A stretch of 64,000 bases of DNA, taken from the NCBI GenBank assembly GCA_964482725.1, contig CAYZYT010000001.1, forward strand, positions 186,061 to 250,060. The letters are read 5' to 3'. The notes below the pieces were generated by a model. The model worked only from the letters and a program-made list of their open reading frames with translations, was not told the DNA's origin and did no database searches. The stretch is from an uncultured bacterium (GTDB lineage Bacteria > Omnitrophota > Omnitrophia > Omnitrophales > Aquincolibacteriaceae). The first letter of the stretch is position 1. The number at the start of each line of letters is the position of its first letter. The position numbers and the translations under genes are program-made. Of this stretch, positions 58,915 through 64,000 are shown piece by piece.

Positions 58915-59790
58915 CTACAATGAGTGACAAATCACCTTGCGAAAAGGAAAGGGTACTTCTTTCAATCTCTTCGATAGGCCTAAAGCTTCTTCCCGGTTGG
59001 AGAACGCTGCAAAGACCGTGGCCCCGCTTCCACTCATCAGAGCGAAGGGAGCTCCAAGATCTTTAAGGGCCGCGATGGCTCTGGGGATGGCTGGCATCAA
59101 GCGAAACGCCGGAGATTCCAGATCATTTCGCGCAAATTCCGAAGCTTCCCGGACCCTCTTTTTTTCGAGAAAAGAGCGCAGGATTCTAGCAATACGCTTT
59201 TCCTTTGTCAAGGAAAGGGGCCGTCCGGTCCAGGCAAGCGCCTGATAGACCTTTTTTGTGTTCAGCCCCTGGTCCGTCACGAGTAAAAGGAACCCCAGAC
59301 GACGGGTGCAGGGCACTTTTTGAAGCTTATCCCCAATCCCCCAAGCCATGGCCTGCCGGGTGTCCGAAAGAAAGAACGGCACATCCGCACCGAGCGTTTT
59401 TCCTATAGCGCTAAGCTCTTTGGAAGAGATCTTGAGCTTGTAGAGTTTTTTCATGCCGAGTAAAAAGAATGCCGCATTGCTGGAACCCCCTCCCAACCCG
59501 GCACCCAGGGGAATACGCTTGGTGAGCCGCACCGAGACCCCCCCCAGCGCAGGAAATTTCTTCTGAAGCGCTCGATAGGCCTTGGTGATGAGATTATCTT
59601 CTCCGGTCTCAAGCGAGGGAATGTTCGTGGTAAGTTTAAAACCACTTGGTTTTTTTTGGATAGTGATCCTATCCGCGAGCGAGATGCGGTGGAAAAGCGT
59701 CAGTAGCTTATGATATCCGTCCGACCGCTTCCCGAGAATACGCAGATGGAGATTGAGTTTGGCGGGACTCTTCAGAGTGAGCGCTTGCAT
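58915..59790 (-). CDS. ispE: CDP-ME kinase
   Basis: PAKLNL, KRIPLGAGLGGGSSNAA, GADVPFF and MSGSG motifs. Confidence 0.97.
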   Translation of the reverse strand: MQALTLKSPAKLNLHLRILGKRSDGYHKLLTLFHRISLADRITIQKKPSGFKLTTNIPSLETGEDNLITKAYRALQKKFPALGGVSVRLTKRIPLGAGLGGGSSNAAFFLLGMKKLYKLKISSKELSAIGKTLGADVPFFLSDTRQAMAWGIGDKLQKVPCTRRLGFLLLVTDQGLNTKKVYQALAWTGRPLSLTKEKRIARILRSFLEKKRVREASEFARNDLESPAFRLMPAIPRAIAALKDLGAPFALMSGSGATVFAAFSNREEALGLSKRLKEVPFPFRKVICHSL

Positions 59791-59805
59791 GGACCCCCCC
59801 CCTTA

Positions 59806-59881
59806 AAGACACAAAGCCACAAGGACACATGCCCCACGAGCATTTCTTTTGTGTCCTTGTGGCCTTGCAACTTTGTGAACT
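59806..59881. repeat. Octamer inverted-arm element
   Basis: aagacaca aagccaca aggacaca tgccccac / tgtgtcct tgtggcct tgcaactt tgtgaact. Confidence 0.85.
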
Positions 59882-59885
59882 AAAA

Positions 59886-59984
59886 CTAGGACCAGTCTTT
59901 TTTCTTGTGACGGTTCCGGCGCAACTTCTTCTTGCGCTTATGCTTGTTCATCTTCTTCTTGCGCTGTTTGCGAGCCCAGGGCAT
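59886..59984 (-). CDS. Small basic bS22/AURKAIP1-COX24-like protein
   Basis: Not in ORF track. MPWARKQRKKKMNKHKRKKKLRRNRHKKKDWS with GGAGG RBS. Confidence 0.85.
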   Translation of the reverse strand: MPWARKQRKKKMNKHKRKKKLRRNRHKKKDWS

Positions 59985-60055
59985 TGTTTCCTCCGGTTGT
60001 AAATCGTCAGTAGTAAGTTTCTTTACGGCTTACCACCTACTGCTTATCACTGCTG

Positions 60056-60937
60056 TTATGGAATAACTTTATTGAGCGGATATTCGATGATACCTGAGGC
60101 GCCAGCCTTCTTGAGCGCCGGGATCAGTTCGCGAACCACAGACTCATCAATGATCGTCTCGACGTCCAGCCAATTCTTGTCCGTAAGATTCGCAATCGTC
60201 GGTTTTTTCATAGCCGGGAGAAGGCTTAGAACCCTCTGGAGATTCTTCTTCTCGACATTCATCTTAAGGCCCACTTTTTCTTGAGCACGCATCGCGCCAT
60301 CAAGAAGCATGATCAGGTTATCCATCTTCTGCTTCTTCCAGGGATCTTTGACGCTTTTTTTGTTGGCGATGAACTTCGGAATGGAAACGATCACGGTATC
60401 GATGATCTTGAGTTTGTTCGCACGAAGACTGGATCCGGTCTCGGTCGCCTCCACGATAGCATCCGCAAGGCGTGGCGGCTTGGCTTCCGTGGCACCCCAC
60501 GAGAATTCCACTTCCGCGTTCACTTTATGCTTTTTAAGATAACGCTTCGTCACACTTACAAGCTCGGTCACAACCTTCTTTCCATTCAGGTCCTTGACGC
60601 TTTCAAAAGGCGACGACTCATGCACCGCCAGGACCCAACGCACAGGGTTGGAAGTGCGCTTCGAGTATTGCAACTCACAAAGCTCCACCACATCAGATTC
60701 ATTCTCCACGATCCAGTCATGCCCCGTCAGGCCACAATCCACGATACCCTCTTCAACATAACGGGACATTTCCTGAGGGCGGAACAGTACGACCTCGATC
60801 TCGGGATCGTCAATGGAAGGGATATAAGAACGGGAACTGACATTGATCTTGAAGCCGGCCCGCTTGAAGAGATTATAGGTCGCTTCTTCAAGGCTGCCTT
60901 TGGGTAATGCGATTTTGAGCTTGTTCACTGTCGTCAT
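60056..60937 (-). CDS. hisG: ATP phosphoribosyltransferase (long form)
   Basis: [21 protein letters not shown] and C-terminal regulatory domain. Confidence 0.97.
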   Translation of the reverse strand: MTTVNKLKIALPKGSLEEATYNLFKRAGFKINVSSRSYIPSIDDPEIEVVLFRPQEMSRYVEEGIVDCGLTGHDWIVENESDVVELCELQYSKRTSNPVRWVLAVHESSPFESVKDLNGKKVVTELVSVTKRYLKKHKVNAEVEFSWGATEAKPPRLADAIVEATETGSSLRANKLKIIDTVIVSIPKFIANKKSVKDPWKKQKMDNLIMLLDGAMRAQEKVGLKMNVEKKNLQRVLSLLPAMKKPTIANLTDKNWLDVETIIDESVVRELIPALKKAGASGIIEYPLNKVIP

Positions 60938-60995
60938 AGGGAGCGGATTCTATCTTTTTGCTCTCAGGGTGTCAATCTTGGAAATATTCATCCGC

Positions 60996-61460
60996 TTAAG
61001 CTGTATGGTGCGGCTTCTTCTTAGGAAGAATATCTTGTTCGAATTTCTGGAAGAGGACCAACACGATAAGTACCAGGAGTGTTGTGAATATTGCAGGTTT
61101 GAAAAGCCCGATGCCGCACGCCAAACCGATGCCGCAAACAGCCCAGATCCCGGCCGCCGTCGTCAGCCCCCGGACTCCCTGATCGCCACGGATGATCGCC
61201 CCCGCCCCCAAAAATCCGATACCGGTCACGACCTGCGCCGCAATACGCGAAGGATCGACCACCGCCAGCCCCCTGTAGATCAAAAAAATGTCCGCGGAAA
61301 TGATCATCATCAGCGCTGATCCCAAGCAGACGAGCGTATAAGTTTTGAAACCGGCTTCTTTGCCGTTGTATTCCCTTTCTAAACCGATCAAAGCCCCAAG
61401 CCCCGTGGCGGTTAAGAGCCGGATAAAATTCTCAACATCATGCGGTGTCAAACCCAACAT
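60996..61460 (-). CDS. MgtC/SapB family membrane protein
   Basis: GLERE, RIAAQVVTGIGFLGAG and GLTTAA motifs. Confidence 0.93.
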   Translation of the reverse strand: MLGLTPHDVENFIRLLTATGLGALIGLEREYNGKEAGFKTYTLVCLGSALMMIISADIFLIYRGLAVVDPSRIAAQVVTGIGFLGAGAIIRGDQGVRGLTTAAGIWAVCGIGLACGIGLFKPAIFTTLLVLIVLVLFQKFEQDILPKKKPHHTA

Positions 61461-61484
61461 AAAACCTCCTCTCAAAAAAAATGC

Positions 61485-61544
61485 GTGTCAAAGTATCAAC
61501 GTTTCAACGCATCATGAAACTCTGATACTTTGATACCCTGACAC
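61485..61544. repeat. Octamer inverted-arm element (same family as 11245)
   Basis: gtgtcaaa gtatcaac gtttcaac gcatca / tgaaactc tgatactt tgataccc tgacac. Confidence 0.85.
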
Positions 61545-62618
61545 TTACTTTATTTGCAGCGCGGGATCGCCTGTCATATTAAGTTTCGACCGTTTTCCTT
61601 GTTTGTAAAGCTCAAACCCTCGGCGCGCGATCATGGCTGCGTTGTCGGTCGAAAGAACAAACGGCGGGAACCAGACCTTGATCCCCTTTGCTGCGCCGTC
61701 CCGCGTCAGTTTTTCGCGAAGATACGAATTCGCGCTCACGCCCCCGCCGACCACAATATCGGAAGCGCCTTTAAATTCGCAGGCATCAAGCGCCTTCTCG
61801 ACAAGCCACCCGATGGCAGCATGCTGAAAACTTGCGGCCATATCTTTTTGAGACAACGCGTCAGGGTTCGGCCTCCCGGTCTTCGGATCCTGATAATGAT
61901 AAAGCACGGCCGTTTTTACGCCACTAAAACTAAAGCTGAAGCGCCCCTCTTGTTTCGGTCTTGTGAATTGAAAAGCCCGCGGGTTTCCTTCTCGCGCCAG
62001 CTTATCCAGGATCGGCCCGCCGGGATAACTGAGCCCCATGATCTTCGCGACCTTGTCGTAGGCCTCGCCCACAGCGTCATCCACCGTCTCGCCCAGAATA
62101 TGGATCTTCCCTTTTTCGCAGAACGTGAGCATCGTGTGTCCGCCGGAAACCAAAAGACCGATGTAACGCTTGGGTTCCGGCGCCCCAAAAAAATTCGCCA
62201 CGAGATGAGCTTCCATATGATTTACGCCGACCAGCGGGATCTCGAGCTGATACGCGAGCGCCTTGGCGAACGCGACGCCGACAAGGAGTGAGCCCATGAG
62301 ACCGGGACCCTGGGTCACGGCAATGAGATCAAGGTCCTTGGCTTTGATCTTGGCTTCATGAAGCGCTTCCTCGAACACGCATTGGATCTGTTCCATGCAA
62401 TGCCGCGAGGCGATCTCGGGCACCACCCCGCCGAATTTCTTGTGCCGGAACAAACTGGAGGACACGACATTGGAAAGGATCGTATCTTTACCTTTTAGTA
62501 TCGAACACGACGTTTCGTCGCAGGAGGTTTCTATCCCGAGCGTCAACAAAGCTGACGCTCGCGTGGAACGGCTAACGGTTAACGTTGAACGCTTTAGTTT
62601 TTTCGTTCCCCGTTCCAC
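61545..62618 (-). CDS. tsaD: t6A tRNA threonylcarbamoyltransferase
   Basis: LGIETSCDET, GGVVPEIASR, HMEAH, VSGGHT and DNAAMI motifs. Start uncertain (GTG 62618 or TTG 62549/62546). Confidence 0.96.
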   Translation of the reverse strand: MERGTKKLKRSTLTVSRSTRASALLTLGIETSCDETSCSILKGKDTILSNVVSSSLFRHKKFGGVVPEIASRHCMEQIQCVFEEALHEAKIKAKDLDLIAVTQGPGLMGSLLVGVAFAKALAYQLEIPLVGVNHMEAHLVANFFGAPEPKRYIGLLVSGGHTMLTFCEKGKIHILGETVDDAVGEAYDKVAKIMGLSYPGGPILDKLAREGNPRAFQFTRPKQEGRFSFSFSGVKTAVLYHYQDPKTGRPNPDALSQKDMAASFQHAAIGWLVEKALDACEFKGASDIVVGGGVSANSYLREKLTRDGAAKGIKVWFPPFVLSTDNAAMIARRGFELYKQGKRSKLNMTGDPALQIK

Positions 62619-62639
62619 GTTACCCGTTACCCGTTAACG
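62563..62639. repeat. Heptamer inverted-arm element spanning the gatB stop and possible tsaD start
   Basis: gtggaac ggctaac ggttaac gttgaac / cgttccc cgttcca cgttacc cgttacc cgttaac. Confidence 0.85.
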
Positions 62640-64000
62640 AGCTTCTGCATTAGAAGCTCGTTAACTATTTTTGGATTCGCTTTTCCGCCAGTTTCTTTCA
62701 TCACCGCGCCGACGAGAGCGCCGAGGGCCTTTTGTTTTCCGGCCTTGAATTCCGCGACCGCAGTCGGGTTCGCCGCGATGGATTTTTCGACCGCTTTTTC
62801 GATCAAGCCGGTGTCCGAAACCTGTGTCAGGCCTTTTTCTTTGACGATGCTATCAGCATCTTTCCCGGTCTCGAACATCATTCCAAGCACGTCCTTTGCG
62901 GTCTTCCCGGAGACGGTCCCGTTGTCGATCAGCTTGAGAAGTCCGGCAAAAGCTTTCGCCGTGACGAGGCAGTGTTCGATCCCAAGACCTTTACTGTTCA
63001 GGACCGCAAGCAGTTCAGTCAGGACCCAGTTGCTGGCAAGTTTTGCCAGGGACAGGTCCTCTTTTTTCAGGACCTGTCCCTGAGTGACAACCGCCTCAAA
63101 ATATTCCGCGAGTTTTTTATCTTCCACAAGCGTATACGCGTCATATTCAGAGAGAGCGAATTCCTTTATGAACCGCTTCGCGCGTTCGAGCGGAAGTTCG
63201 GGTAAAGTTTTTCTAATTTCCTCGACCACCTCACGGGACAAGGTGAACGGCACCAGATCCGGCTCCGGGAAATACCGGTAATCATGGGCTTCTTCCTTTG
63301 AGCGCATGGAAAAAGTCGTACCCTTAGTGTCATTCCAAAGCCGCGTCTCCTGCACGATCGTCTCCCCGGCTTCGCAGGCTTCGGTTTGCCGTTCGATCTC
63401 GTACTGGATCGCTTTCTGAACCATCTTGAAAGAATTCAGATTCTTGATCTCAACCTTGGTCCCGAGTTTTTCCTGGCCTACGGGTCGCACCGACACGTTC
63501 GCGTCGCAGCGGAGGCTTCCCTTTTCCATATCGCAGTCGCTTACCTCCACATATTGGAGGATCGCTTTGAGCGCGGTGAGGTAATCATAAGCTTCCTGCG
63601 GGCTGCGAAGGTCGGGCTCAGAGACGATCTCAAGAAGCGGAATACCGCCGCGGTTGTAATCCACCAGGCTTCCGTCCGTGATCCCTTCATGCAGAAGTTT
63701 CCCGGCATCTTCTTCCAGGTGCGCGCGCGTGATGCCGATCCTCTTGACGACGAACAACTCAGGGACAGGTCCTCTTTTTTCAGGACCTGTCCCTGTCTCG
63801 ATATCAAGCCACCCTTTCCCATTCACGGGCATGTCAAACTGCGAGATCTGGTAGGCCTTGGGAAGATCCGGATAAAAATAATTTTTCCGATCAAATTTGA
63901 GCCGCTCTGCCACTTTACAATTAAGAGCGAGCCCCACCCGAATCCCGAGTTTCAAGGCCGCCTCGTTTAAGACGGGCAACGACCCCGGCCAACCGAGACA
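62627..64000 (-). CDS. gatB: Asp/Glu-tRNA amidotransferase subunit B (5' part outside the window)
   Basis: RKNYFYPDLPKAYQISQ, HLEEDAGK and YRYFPEPDL motifs; C-terminal YqeY-like domain. Confidence 0.98.
   Translation of the reverse strand, partial: CLGWPGSLPVLNEAALKLGIRVGLALNCKVAERLKFDRKNYFYPDLPKAYQISQFDMPVNGKGWLDIETGTGPEKRGPVPELFVVKRIGITRAHLEEDAGKLLHEGITDGSLVDYNRGGIPLLEIVSEPDLRSPQEAYDYLTALKAILQYVEVSDCDMEKGSLRCDANVSVRPVGQEKLGTKVEIKNLNSFKMVQKAIQYEIERQTEACEAGETIVQETRLWNDTKGTTFSMRSKEEAHDYRYFPEPDLVPFTLSREVVEEIRKTLPELPLERAKRFIKEFALSEYDAYTLVEDKKLAEYFEAVVTQGQVLKKEDLSLAKLASNWVLTELLAVLNSKGLGIEHCLVTAKAFAGLLKLIDNGTVSGKTAKDVLGMMFETGKDADSIVKEKGLTQVSDTGLIEKAVEKSIAANPTAVAEFKAGKQKALGALVGAVMKETGGKANPKIVNELLMQKLVNG
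63047..63082. repeat. 36-bp palindrome in gatB, copy B
   Basis: cagggacaggtcct-cttttttc-aggacctgtccctg. Confidence 0.95.
63760..63795. repeat. 36-bp palindrome in gatB, copy A
   Basis: Identical to 63047-63082. Confidence 0.95.

Overview
A 64 kb core-genome segment of a diderm (LPS-making) bacterium. Gene content suggests the PVC superphylum, probably Omnitrophota (inference only). Most genes are on the minus strand. It contains: tRNA-fMet; uvrB-nadC-valS-cimA; a lysC/apgM-like/thrC/hom operon; a 1626-aa modular secreted glycan-active protein; msbA and gnnA-like/lpxB; rlpA with a c-di-GMP-I-type riboswitch; carAB; a sigma54 nitrogen cluster (NifA-like activator, GSIII, amtB, P-II, porin); bamA-skp-lpxC/fabZ-lpxA-lpxI; dnaB-rplI-rpsR-ssb-rpsF; pth-rplY-prs-glmU; tRNA-Gln, spoVG, ispE, hisG, tsaD and gatB. 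The unusual signal is a dense set of tiny palindromic or tandem-repeat elements from at least four families. They sit at gene junctions and often supply stop codons. They also appear in-frame inside essential proteins (four in ValS; an identical 36-bp palindrome twice in GatB, read in two different frames), inside the riboswitch core, and inside a duplicated tRNA 3' end. No transposase or recombinase is in the window. Also notable: an apparently catalytically dead ApgM homologue, and candidate enhancer sites for the NifA-like activator.
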